NCBI GenBank assembly: GCA_963730185.1
Contig: CAVSQW010000008.1
Coordinates: forward strand, 256,001-320,000
From: an uncultured Gemmatimonadales bacterium
GTDB lineage: Bacteria > Gemmatimonadota > Gemmatimonadetes > Gemmatimonadales > GWC2-71-9
Reading direction: 5' to 3'
DNA: 64,000 nucleotides
A model generated the notes under the pieces. It had not been told where the DNA came from and did not search any database. It saw only the letters and a program-made list of their open reading frames with translations. Position 1 is the first letter of the stretch. Every line of letters starts with the position of its first letter. Below are positions 47,137 through 55,987 of this stretch, one piece after another. Made by a program: the position numbers and the translations under genes.

Positions 47137-50100
47137 ATGACCCCCCGCATCGCAACACTCGACGGCAACGAAGCGGCAGCGCTGGTCGCGCACCGAACCA
47201 GTGAAGTGATCGCCATTTATCCGATCACGCCCTCTTCGACCATGGGCGAGCTGGCCGATCTCTGGTCGGCCGAAGGGCGGACCAATCTCTGGGGCACGGT
47301 TCCGACCGTGGCGGAGATGCAGTCGGAGGGCGGTGCCGCCGGCGCGATCCACGGGGCGCTCCAGGGCGGCGCCCTGGCGACGACGTTCACCGCGTCGCAG
47401 GGCCTGCTGCTGATGATTCCCAACCTGTACAAGATCGCCGGCGAGCTGAGCCCGGTGGTGCTCCACGTCGCGGCCCGGACGGTGGCGACCCATGCCCTCT
47501 CGATCTTCGGCGACCACTCCGACGTGATGGCCACCCGGCAGACCGGGGTGGCGCTCCTGGCGTCGGCCTCGGTGCAGGAGGCGCACGACTTCGCCCTGAT
47601 TTCCCAGGCGGCGACGCTCGAGTCGCGGGTGCCGTTCATCCACTTCTTCGACGGCTTCCGGACCTCCCACGAGATGCAGAAGATCGTCCTGCTCGAGGAC
47701 GACGACCTCCGGGCGCTGCTGGACGAGGACCTGATCGCGGCCCACCGCGCCCGGGCCCTCGATCCCGAGCATCCCGTGATCCGCGGCACGGCCCAGAACC
47801 CCGACGCGTTCTTCCAGGCCCGGGAGGCGTGCAACCCCTTCTACGACCGGTGCCCGGGCATCGTCCGCGAGGTGATGGCCCGGCTGGGCGAGCGAACCGG
47901 CCGCCGGTACGAGCTCTTCGAATACGTCGGGGCGCCCGACGCGGAGCGGGTCGTGGTGCTGATGGGCTCCGGCACCGAGACGGTCGAAGCGGCCGTCCGG
48001 CACCTGGCCCAGACCGGCGAGCGGGTCGGGGCGGTGAAAGTCAGGCTCTACCGGCCGTTCGACATCGACGCTTTCGTGGCCGCGCTGCCGGACAGTGTCC
48101 GGTCGATCGCCGTCCTGGACCGGACCAAGGAGCCGGGAGCGACGGGAGAGCCGCTCTACCTCGACGTGGTCGCCGCCCTGGTCGAGGGGTGGGACGGCCG
48201 GGGGAGCGGACGGCCGATGCCGCGGGTGATCGGGGGACGGTACGGCTTGTCGTCGAAGGAGTTCACCCCGGCGATGGTCAAGGCCGTGTACGACGAGCTG
48301 GCCCGGCCCGAACCCCGCCGCCGGTTCACGGTGGGGATCGTCGACGACGTCACCCGACTCTCGCTCGACGTGGACCCGGACTTCTCGCTCGAGGCCGACG
48401 ATGAGGTGCGGGCCGTGTTCTGGGGGCTGGGCAGCGACGGCACGGTCGGCGCGACCAAGAACACCATCAAGATCATCGGCGAGGAGACGTCGCTCTACGC
48501 CCAGGGGTACTTCGTCTACGACTCGAAGAAGGCCGGGGCGGTGACGGTGTCGCACCTCCGGTTCGGGCCCCGACCGATCCGGGCTCCCTATCTGATTCAC
48601 GAGGCGACCTTCGTCGCCTGCAGCCAGTTCGACTTCCTCGACAAGTACGACGTGCTGGAGACCGCGGCGCCCGGGGCCACCCTGCTGCTGAACGCGCCCG
48701 AGCCGACCGACCGGGTCTGGGATGCCTTGCCCCGCGAAGTCCAGGCGACCCTGGTCGAGCGGAAGATGCGGGTCTTCGCGATCGATGCCGATCAGGTGGC
48801 CCGCGACGCCGGCCTCGGCGGCCGGATCAACACCATCATGCAGACCTGCTTCTTCGCGCTCTCGGGCGTGCTGCCCCGCGACGAAGCCATCGCCCAGATC
48901 AAGCAGGCGATCGAGAAGACGTATGGAAAGCGGGGCCGCGCGGTGGTCGATCGGAACTTCGCCGCGGTGGACCGGACCCTGGTGGGGTTGGCCGAGGTAC
49001 CGGTGCCGGCCGCCGTCACCGCCCGCCGGAGCCGGCGACCGATCGTCTCCGACGAGGCGCCGGATTTCGTGCGCCGGGTCACCGCGGTGATGATGGCCGG
49101 GAAGGGCGACCTCTTGCCGGTCAGCGCCTTCCCGGTCGACGGCACCTGGCCCACGGCCACCTCGCGCTGGGAGAAGCGGAGCCTGGCCGACGAGATCCCG
49201 GTCTGGGATCCCACGGTCTGTATCCAGTGCAACTGGTGCTCGCTGGTCTGCCCTCACGCCGCGATCCGAACCCGGGTCTACGAGCCGGCGGCGGCCGAGG
49301 GCGCCCCGGACGATTTCCAGCAGGTCCCCTGGAAAGGGCCGGACTTCGCCGGCTTCGCGTACACGGTCCAGGTGGCGCCGGACGACTGTACCGGCTGCTC
49401 GCTCTGTACCATGGTGTGCCCCGCGAAGGACAAGGCCAACCCGCGGCACAAGGCGATCGACATGACCCCGGTCGGCCCGATTCGGGAGCGGGAACGCGCC
49501 AACTACGCCTTCTTCCTCGATCGTCCGGAGCCCGATCGGACCGGGCTCTCGCGGGTCAACGCCAAGACCTCGCAGCTCCTCGAGCCACTGTTCGAGTACT
49601 CCGGCGCCTGCGCCGGCTGCGGCGAGACGCCGTACCTCAAGCTGTTGAGCCAGCTGTTCGGCGACCGGGCGATGATCGCCAACGCCACCGGGTGCTCGTC
49701 GATCTACGGCGGCAACCTGCCCACGACGCCGTGGTCCGTGAATGCCGAGGGCCGAGGGCCGGCCTGGGCCAACTCGCTGTTCGAGGACAATGCCGAGTTC
49801 GGTTACGGGATGCGCTTGGCGGTCGACGCCCAGCACCGCGAGGCCACCCGCCTGGTCGGCGAGCTCGGCGCGGCGCTCGGCGAGGCCGTCGCGGCCCCCC
49901 TGCTGGCGCCCGACGACCGGACCGAGGCCGGTCTCGCCGCCCGGCGACTGGCGGTCGCCGCGCTCCGTGAGCGGCTCGGCCAGGTGAGCGACCCCCGCGC
50001 GGTTCGGTTGGCCGAGATCGTCGACGCGCTGGTGCCCCGCTCGGTCTGGCTGGTGGGCGGCGACGGCTGGGCCTACGACATCGGGTATGGCGGCCTGGAC

Positions 50101-50736
50101 CACGTGCTGGCGCAGGACCGCGACGTGAACGTGCTGGTGCTCGACACCGAGGTGTACTCCAACACCGGTGGCCAGCAGTCCAAGGCCACCCCGCTGGGCG
50201 CCGCCGCCAAGTTCGCGATGGCGGGGAAGGGCACCGCCAAGAAGGACCTCGGGCTCGCGGCCATGTCGTACGGCCACGTGTACGTGGCCCGGGTGGCGTT
50301 CGGGGGTGACATGAATCAGACGGTCAAGGCGTTCCTCGAGGCGGAGAGCTACCCCGGCCCGTCGCTGATCATCGCCTACTCGCCCTGTATCGCCCACGGT
50401 TACGAACTCAAGCACGGCGTGGAGCAGCAGCAGCTGGCGACCCGTTCGGGCGTCTGGCCGCTCTATCGGTTCGACCCGCGCCGGACCCGCGAGCACCTGC
50501 CGCCGCTGGTGCTCGACTCGAAGGCGCCCTCGGTGTCGGTCGCGGCCTACCAACGGAACGAGACCCGCTTCCGGATGGCTGAGAAGCTCGACCCCGCGCG
50601 TCACAAGCTGCTGATGGCCCGGGCGGAGCGCGACGTGGCCGAGCGCTGGCAGGTGTACCGCTACCTGGCCGGCCTGTCGATCACCGAGCCGGACGGCCCC
50701 GCGACGGGCCCCGAACCCGCGGAGGCGACCCGATGA
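47137..50736 (+). CDS. nifJ: Pyruvate:ferredoxin (flavodoxin) oxidoreductase, homodimeric type
   Basis: AIYPITPSS, EMQSEGGAAG, GLGSDGTVG; two CxxCxxCxxxCP; FEYSGACAGCGET, GGDGWAYDIG, YSNTGGQ. Confidence 0.97.
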   Translation: MTPRIATLDGNEAAALVAHRTSEVIAIYPITPSSTMGELADLWSAEGRTNLWGTVPTVAEMQSEGGAAGAIHGALQGGALATTFTASQGLLLMIPNLYKIAGELSPVVLHVAARTVATHALSIFGDHSDVMATRQTGVALLASASVQEAHDFALISQAATLESRVPFIHFFDGFRTSHEMQKIVLLEDDDLRALLDEDLIAAHRARALDPEHPVIRGTAQNPDAFFQAREACNPFYDRCPGIVREVMARLGERTGRRYELFEYVGAPDAERVVVLMGSGTETVEAAVRHLAQTGERVGAVKVRLYRPFDIDAFVAALPDSVRSIAVLDRTKEPGATGEPLYLDVVAALVEGWDGRGSGRPMPRVIGGRYGLSSKEFTPAMVKAVYDELARPEPRRRFTVGIVDDVTRLSLDVDPDFSLEADDEVRAVFWGLGSDGTVGATKNTIKIIGEETSLYAQGYFVYDSKKAGAVTVSHLRFGPRPIRAPYLIHEATFVACSQFDFLDKYDVLETAAPGATLLLNAPEPTDRVWDALPREVQATLVERKMRVFAIDADQVARDAGLGGRINTIMQTCFFALSGVLPRDEAIAQIKQAIEKTYGKRGRAVVDRNFAAVDRTLVGLAEVPVPAAVTARRSRRPIVSDEAPDFVRRVTAVMMAGKGDLLPVSAFPVDGTWPTATSRWEKRSLADEIPVWDPTVCIQCNWCSLVCPHAAIRTRVYEPAAAEGAPDDFQQVPWKGPDFAGFAYTVQVAPDDCTGCSLCTMVCPAKDKANPRHKAIDMTPVGPIRERERANYAFFLDRPEPDRTGLSRVNAKTSQLLEPLFEYSGACAGCGETPYLKLLSQLFGDRAMIANATGCSSIYGGNLPTTPWSVNAEGRGPAWANSLFEDNAEFGYGMRLAVDAQHREATRLVGELGAALGEAVAAPLLAPDDRTEAGLAARRLAVAALRERLGQVSDPRAVRLAEIVDALVPRSVWLVGGDGWAYDIGYGGLDHVLAQDRDVNVLVLDTEVYSNTGGQQSKATPLGAAAKFAMAGKGTAKKDLGLAAMSYGHVYVARVAFGGDMNQTVKAFLEAESYPGPSLIIAYSPCIAHGYELKHGVEQQQLATRSGVWPLYRFDPRRTREHLPPLVLDSKAPSVSVAAYQRNETRFRMAEKLDPARHKLLMARAERDVAERWQVYRYLAGLSITEPDGPATGPEPAEATR

Positions 50737-51749
50737 AGCTGACCACCCGGTATCTCGGGCTGGAGCTGGCCCATCCCTTCATGGCCGGCGCCTCGCCCCT
50801 GGTCGACGATCTCGACACCGTCCGCCGGCTGGAGGACGCCGGGTCGTCGGCCATCGTGATGCACTCGCTGTTCGAGGAACAGCTCACCGCGGAACAGCTC
50901 CTGACCCACCAGGCAATGGAGACCCCGGCCGAGTCATCGGCCGAGGCGCGGACCTTCCTGCCGGATCCGCCCGACTTCGCGTTGGGGCCCGACGAGTATC
51001 TCGAGCAGATCCACCGGATCAAGGAGGCGGTCGACGTTCCGGTCATCGGTTCGCTCAACGGGTACACCCCCGGGGGCTGGCTCGACTACGCCCGGCTGAT
51101 CGAAGAGGCCGGCGCCGACGCCCTGGAGCTCAACCTCTACGCCATCCCGACCGACCTCACCCGCTCCGGCGCGGAGGTCGAGCGGGAGCAGCTCGAGATC
51201 GTCTCGGGCGTGGCCCGGACGATCCGGATTCCGGTCGCGGTCAAGCTCTCGCCCTGGTACTCGGCGTTCGGCCACTTCGCGCTCCAGGTGGTCGACGCCG
51301 GCGCGGCCGGACTGGTGCTCTTCAACCGGTTCTACCAGGCCGACGTCGACCCCGAGCAACTCGAGGTCCGGCCCAGCCTGCGGCTGAGCGATTCCAACGA
51401 GCTGCTTCCCCGGCTCACCTGGATCGCGCTGCTCGCCGGCCGGGTGGAGGCGTCGCTCGCCATCACCGGCGGGGTGCACCGGGCCATCGATGCGATCAAG
51501 GCGGTGATGGTCGGCGCCGACGCGGTCCAGATGGTGTCGGGCCTGCTCCGACATGGGCCGGAGCTCCTGGGCTTCGTGCGGGACGGCTTTGCCAAGTGGC
51601 TCCAGGATCACGAGTACGAGTCGCTGGAGCAGGCTCGCGGCAGCATGAGCCTGCTCCGGTGCCCCGACCCGGCCTCGTTTGATCGGGCCCAGTACCTCAA
51701 GGTGCTCCGCGGCTGGCGGAGCGGGCAGCTGCCGGTCGTCGAGCTCTAG
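50733..51749 (+). CDS. Dihydroorotate-dehydrogenase-like flavoprotein (PFOR-associated)
   Basis: ATGA coupling to nifJ; SLFEEQ, PVIGSLNG, ADALELNLY, VAVKLSP, LVLFNRFYQ, TGGVH, GADAVQ. Confidence 0.88.
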   Translation: MKLTTRYLGLELAHPFMAGASPLVDDLDTVRRLEDAGSSAIVMHSLFEEQLTAEQLLTHQAMETPAESSAEARTFLPDPPDFALGPDEYLEQIHRIKEAVDVPVIGSLNGYTPGGWLDYARLIEEAGADALELNLYAIPTDLTRSGAEVEREQLEIVSGVARTIRIPVAVKLSPWYSAFGHFALQVVDAGAAGLVLFNRFYQADVDPEQLEVRPSLRLSDSNELLPRLTWIALLAGRVEASLAITGGVHRAIDAIKAVMVGADAVQMVSGLLRHGPELLGFVRDGFAKWLQDHEYESLEQARGSMSLLRCPDPASFDRAQYLKVLRGWRSGQLPVVEL

Positions 51750-51750
51750 C

Positions 51751-52263
51751 TCACGGCTGGGCGACCCGCTCGCGCTGGGCGTCGGTCAGGAGCGCCTTGG
51801 CCGCGAGCGCAGCCTTGATCCGGATCCACATCACGTTGCCCATCGCGGTGTCGTGGGCGTTGAGATAGGCGTGGACCTTGGCGGTGTCGGGCGCCGGCTG
51901 GGCGAGCTCGGCCCGGAGGGTCTGCATCGCGGCGTGGGCCGGCTGGTGGGCCTGGTCGGCGGTCGCCGTCGTGGCCTGGTCGAGCTCGGTCAGCTGCGCG
52001 ACTTGATCGTCGGAGAGTCCCAGCTGGTCGCGCCGATCCAGCAGCTTGGCCGGGGCGAAGGGGGCCGCGCCACCCATCATCATCCCCATCATCTCTCCCA
52101 TGCCACCCTGCATGCCCTGACCGCCCATCTTCTGGCCGGCGGCCATGTTGTGCTGCATCCCCTGGTGTTGTCCTCCCATCCGCATCCGGGTCGTGTCGGG
52201 GCGCTGGGCCGCGGCCGGAAGGGCGACGGCAACGGTGAGAACCAGGGCGAGCGTGACGCGCAT
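51751..52263 (-). CDS. Spy/CpxP-family periplasmic protein with Met/Gly-rich N-terminus
   Basis: RBS GAGG; signal peptide; LGLSDDQ and LLTDAQ (LTxxQ) motifs. Confidence 0.8.
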   Translation of the reverse strand: MRVTLALVLTVAVALPAAAQRPDTTRMRMGGQHQGMQHNMAAGQKMGGQGMQGGMGEMMGMMMGGAAPFAPAKLLDRRDQLGLSDDQVAQLTELDQATTATADQAHQPAHAAMQTLRAELAQPAPDTAKVHAYLNAHDTAMGNVMWIRIKAALAAKALLTDAQRERVAQP

Positions 52264-52293
52264 CGGGACATCCTCGGTGGAAGGGCCACCGGA

Positions 52294-52338
52294 AAGGTAG
52301 AGGGCCATTCGTGAAGTCTGGCCGAGGGTCGCATGAAG
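52294..52338 (-). promoter_or_regulatory. Tandem 11-bp-period boxes plus -10 element upstream of the Spy/CpxP gene
   Basis: Minus strand CTTCAT-gcgac-CCTCGG-ccaga-CTTCAC-N11-TACCTT. Confidence 0.6.
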
Positions 52339-52428
52339 GCGGTCGTCGGGTTCCGGTAGGGCGGCCGGGGCGGTAAAATCATGGAGGCCTAACATCAATC
52401 CCCCGGACTCGACCTCGGCACCGACGCG

Positions 52429-54645
52429 ATGCTCCTGACGACCACCGTTCTCACGGCCCTGCTCGCCGCCACCCCCGCCCAGTCGGATTCCGTCGTCGGG
52501 GTCGTCCGGGACGCCGACGGCAAGCCGCTCCACGACGCCCGGGTCAGGCTCGCCGAGCTGCACCGGGAGGTCCGGACGGACGTCGAGGGACGCTTCCGGA
52601 TGCGGGAGCTCGCGCCCGGCCGCTACACCCTGGTGGTGTCGCTCCGGGGTTTCGCCCCGGTGGCCGACCCGATCCAGATTCCCAGGGCCGAGGCGGTCGA
52701 GATCCGGCTGATGCCGTCGCCGTTCGAGGTCGAGCCGCTCACCGTGACCGCCACCCGCGGGCCCTCCACCCCGTTGGCCAGCGTCCAGAGCACGACCGTT
52801 CTGGGCGGCGAGGCGCTGGCCCGGAATCAGAGCGTCGCGGTCGCCACCGCGATCGGAGCCCTGCCCGGAGTTCGGTCAGTGAGCACCGGGCTTCAGATCG
52901 CCAAGCCCGTGATCCGAGGTCTGTCGGGTCAGCGGGTTCTGGTCCTGGAGGACGGTCACCGGTTGGAGGACTATTCCTGGAGCGACGAGGACGGCCCCTC
53001 GATCGACGCCGGGCTGGTCAACCGGGTCGAAGTGGTGCGTGGTCCCGCCAGTCTCCAGTACGGCTCCGACGCTCTGGGCGGTGTGGTCAACGCGGTCGCC
53101 GAAGCGCTGCCCGATGCCACCGGGCAGGCGGCGTTCCGGCGGGGGCGGGCATCGGTCTCGATCGCCTCGAACAACGCCGAGATCGGGACCGCGCTCCGCT
53201 ACGAGGGCGCGAGCGGCGGCCTGGGTTGGCGGCTTGCCGGGGTGGGGCGTCGGGCCGCGAGCCTCCACACCCCGACCGGTGAGCTCGACAACACCGGGTT
53301 CATGGCCATCAACGGCGAGGGCGCGATCGGGATTCGGGGCCCGCGCGGCGAGCTGGCGCTGCGGGTGGCGCGGTACGGCGGCGAGTTCAAGCTGCTCGAG
53401 GCCAACGGGCCGCCTCCGGGCACTGCGGCGGGACAGGATGCCGGCCCGGAACGGAAGGCCAACGACATCCGGGTCCAGGTCGACGGAAACCGGGCCTTCG
53501 GACGCTGGCGGGTGGAGGCCCGGTCGCAGTATCAGACCCACAGCCTGATCGAGGTGTCGGACGAGTTCCCAGGCGGCACGCCGGGCCAGGAGGGCGAGGC
53601 CTTCAATCTCGCCCTCAACACGCTGTCGCTCGACCTCACGGCCGAGCAGGTCACGGCCAGGACCCGGCTGCTCCTGGGCGGCTCCGGGTCGCATCAGACC
53701 AACGATACCAAGGGGCCGATCCCGCTGGTGCCGGACGCCACCACCAACGGCGGCGCCGGCTTCGCGATCGGCGAAGTCCGGCTCGACCGGGTCACGCTCT
53801 CCGGCGGGGCCCGGTTCGACACCCGGCACCTCTCGGCCTCGACCACGCCCGGGGTGCTCGCCACCGCCGACAGCCGGAGCTACACGGCCGGCTCGTTCGG
53901 GCTGGGCATCGCCTACCGGCCGATCTCCCTGGTGTCGTTCACCGCCCACGTCGGGCGGGCCTGGCGGGCCCCCAACCTGTTCGAGCTCTATGCCGACGGT
54001 CCTCAGATCGGCGACGCCCGCTACCTCCAGGGTGACGCCACCCTGGTGCCGGAGCGGAGCCTGGCGGTCGAGGGTGGCGTCAAGGTCCGGGGCGACCGGG
54101 TGGTCGCGGGGATCAACGTCTACTCCAACCGGATCAACGACTACGTCTACTTGACGCCCACGAACCAGACCCAGCAGCAGCTCCCAGGGTACCGCTATCG
54201 GCAGGCCGACGCCCGGCTGACCGGTTTCGAGGCCGAGGTGGAGGTCGATGTCGCCACGCCTCTTACCCTCCATGGTCAGATCGACGGCGTCCGGGCCACC
54301 AACCTGAACACGGACGAGCCGCTCCCCTTGATCCCGCCGATCAGGACGGTGGTGGGCGCCGAGCTCCACGGCCACGTCGGCGGCCGAAGCGCGTACCTCG
54401 GCGCGGACCTGGAGCGGGTCGAGCGTCAGTCCCGGCTCAACCCGCTGGACTACGCGGTCGGGCCGCACACCTTACTCGATCTCGAGGCCGGGGTGGCGGT
54501 CCACGTCGGCGGTCACCCGATCCAGCTCGACCTGATCGCCCGGAACCTCACCAACGCCAGTTACCGGGATTTCCTGAGCCGGTACAAGGAGTTCGCGCTG
54601 AATCCCGGTCGGGACATCCGGTTCCGCGCCACGACCACCTTCTGA
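52429..54645 (+). CDS. TonB-dependent receptor with N-terminal carboxypeptidase-regulatory-like domain
   Basis: LTVTATR, KPVIRGL, RVEVVRGPASLQYGSDALGGVVN, WRAPNLFEL, NLTN...PGR; terminal Phe. Confidence 0.95.
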   Translation: MLLTTTVLTALLAATPAQSDSVVGVVRDADGKPLHDARVRLAELHREVRTDVEGRFRMRELAPGRYTLVVSLRGFAPVADPIQIPRAEAVEIRLMPSPFEVEPLTVTATRGPSTPLASVQSTTVLGGEALARNQSVAVATAIGALPGVRSVSTGLQIAKPVIRGLSGQRVLVLEDGHRLEDYSWSDEDGPSIDAGLVNRVEVVRGPASLQYGSDALGGVVNAVAEALPDATGQAAFRRGRASVSIASNNAEIGTALRYEGASGGLGWRLAGVGRRAASLHTPTGELDNTGFMAINGEGAIGIRGPRGELALRVARYGGEFKLLEANGPPPGTAAGQDAGPERKANDIRVQVDGNRAFGRWRVEARSQYQTHSLIEVSDEFPGGTPGQEGEAFNLALNTLSLDLTAEQVTARTRLLLGGSGSHQTNDTKGPIPLVPDATTNGGAGFAIGEVRLDRVTLSGGARFDTRHLSASTTPGVLATADSRSYTAGSFGLGIAYRPISLVSFTAHVGRAWRAPNLFELYADGPQIGDARYLQGDATLVPERSLAVEGGVKVRGDRVVAGINVYSNRINDYVYLTPTNQTQQQLPGYRYRQADARLTGFEAEVEVDVATPLTLHGQIDGVRATNLNTDEPLPLIPPIRTVVGAELHGHVGGRSAYLGADLERVERQSRLNPLDYAVGPHTLLDLEAGVAVHVGGHPIQLDLIARNLTNASYRDFLSRYKEFALNPGRDIRFRATTTF

Positions 54646-54655
54646 TCCAGGCCGG

Positions 54656-55987
54656 TCAGGCCACGGGCAGCGCCTCGTCCGTCTCCTCGAACCGGATTCC
54701 TCGCCGCTCCAGGCCCCTGAGAATCGGTTCGGCCAGGTCCGGCGCGGTGGGGATCTGGACGCCGGTCAGGCTCACCTGCTCGTCGATGATCAGCTCGCAG
54801 GCCAGGGCGGCCGGCAGGCTCACCGTTCGGGCCATGGCGGAGTCGTCGCCGGCCGTCCCCTCCAGCACCATGCGGAGCACCCGGCGGTGGAGGACGTCGT
54901 CCCGGGTGCGATAGTCGATCTGGTGCTCCAGCACCACGACGTCGTGCTCCCCGGGGTCGTAGCCGAGCTTCTGCTCGAGCCGGGTGACGAGGAGATCGAG
55001 CACCGAGATGGCCTCGGCCGGAACCGGCTCGTCGGAGAAGAGCCCGAGCCAGGCGAACCGGTCCAGGATCGGGTCGCTGTCCTCGAGGCCGAGCTTGGTG
55101 GCCACCCGGGACCGGAGCGGCCCCGGGCCCGGCGGCACGAAGTCGGCCACGAGGTCGGCGTAGGTCGCGTCGTCGGAGGGGATCCGGGATGGCGCCAGGA
55201 GCCCGAGCCGGTGCAGGGCGTACCAGGTCGCGCACCAGCCGGGGTAGCGAAGGGTGCCCCGGAAGAAGTTGTCCACCCGCCAGCCCAGGCCGTAGGCGTC
55301 GATGTACTTGAGGCAGTCGCGGTTGGGGTACGACTCGAGGCGTCCCATCCCGGGCACCTCGATGTGGCGCGGCTCGGCGAAATACTCGGGGAAGTGCTGC
55401 GACACGATCCGTCCGTCCTGGAGATACCGCACCTGGTTCCGGGTCGCCACCACCACGCCGCGGGGGCTCCAGGTGAATTTGTAGCCCCACGGATTGGTGT
55501 TGGCGGAGGGCGCCGGCAGGCCGCCGCAATAGGACGCGAAGCGGACGATCGCGCCCCCCAACGCTTCCAACCGCCGGACCTCGGCGGCGGCCGTCATGTG
55601 ATCGATTCCCGGGTCGAGGCCGCACTCGCCCAGCACCAGGACGCCCTTCTGCCGGGCCAGCGGGTCGAGGGCCCGGAGCGACTCGGCGATGTACGACGTG
55701 GTGATCAGCGGCCGCCCGTGCTCCAGGCAGGCGTCGGCGATCAGGATGTGCTGGTTGGCAGGGAGGAGGCTGATCACCACGTCGGCTTCCTGCACCTCGA
55801 CCCGAAGCGACTCCTGATCGGTGGCGTTGACGAGCAGGGCGGTGGCCCGGGGGCGGTCCTGGATCAGATGGCGGGCCCGGTCCACGTTGATGGTGGCGAC
55901 GTGAACCTCGATGTCGGGCCGGCTCAGGAGCTCGTCCAGCAGGGGCTTGACCACCAGGCCGGCGCCCAGCACCAGGACCCGCTTCAT
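54656..55987 (-). CDS. Saccharopine dehydrogenase (L-glutamate-forming; Lys9 / AASS-SDH type)
   Basis: VLVLGAGLV, VISLLP, ECGLDPGIDHM, SYCGGLPAP, NPWGYKFTWSPRG, YPNRD, RGTLRYPG, SAMARTV. Confidence 0.93.
   Translation of the reverse strand: MKRVLVLGAGLVVKPLLDELLSRPDIEVHVATINVDRARHLIQDRPRATALLVNATDQESLRVEVQEADVVISLLPANQHILIADACLEHGRPLITTSYIAESLRALDPLARQKGVLVLGECGLDPGIDHMTAAAEVRRLEALGGAIVRFASYCGGLPAPSANTNPWGYKFTWSPRGVVVATRNQVRYLQDGRIVSQHFPEYFAEPRHIEVPGMGRLESYPNRDCLKYIDAYGLGWRVDNFFRGTLRYPGWCATWYALHRLGLLAPSRIPSDDATYADLVADFVPPGPGPLRSRVATKLGLEDSDPILDRFAWLGLFSDEPVPAEAISVLDLLVTRLEQKLGYDPGEHDVVVLEHQIDYRTRDDVLHRRVLRMVLEGTAGDDSAMARTVSLPAALACELIIDEQVSLTGVQIPTAPDLAEPILRGLERRGIRFEETDEALPVA

Noticed and set aside
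47098..50604. Very long antisense or alternative-frame ORFs (e.g. 1168 aa opposite nifJ, 1302 aa at 42993-46901, 871 aa at 39410-42025)
   Set aside because: They overlap well-supported genes, have Arg/Gly/Pro-rich or antisense-type composition and no motifs; expected shadow ORFs in high-GC DNA
55984..55987. Programmed frameshift or pseudogenised AASS fusion at the LKR/SDH junction
   Set aside because: Clean ATGA coupling with an upstream GAGG and two complete domains; no slippery sequence
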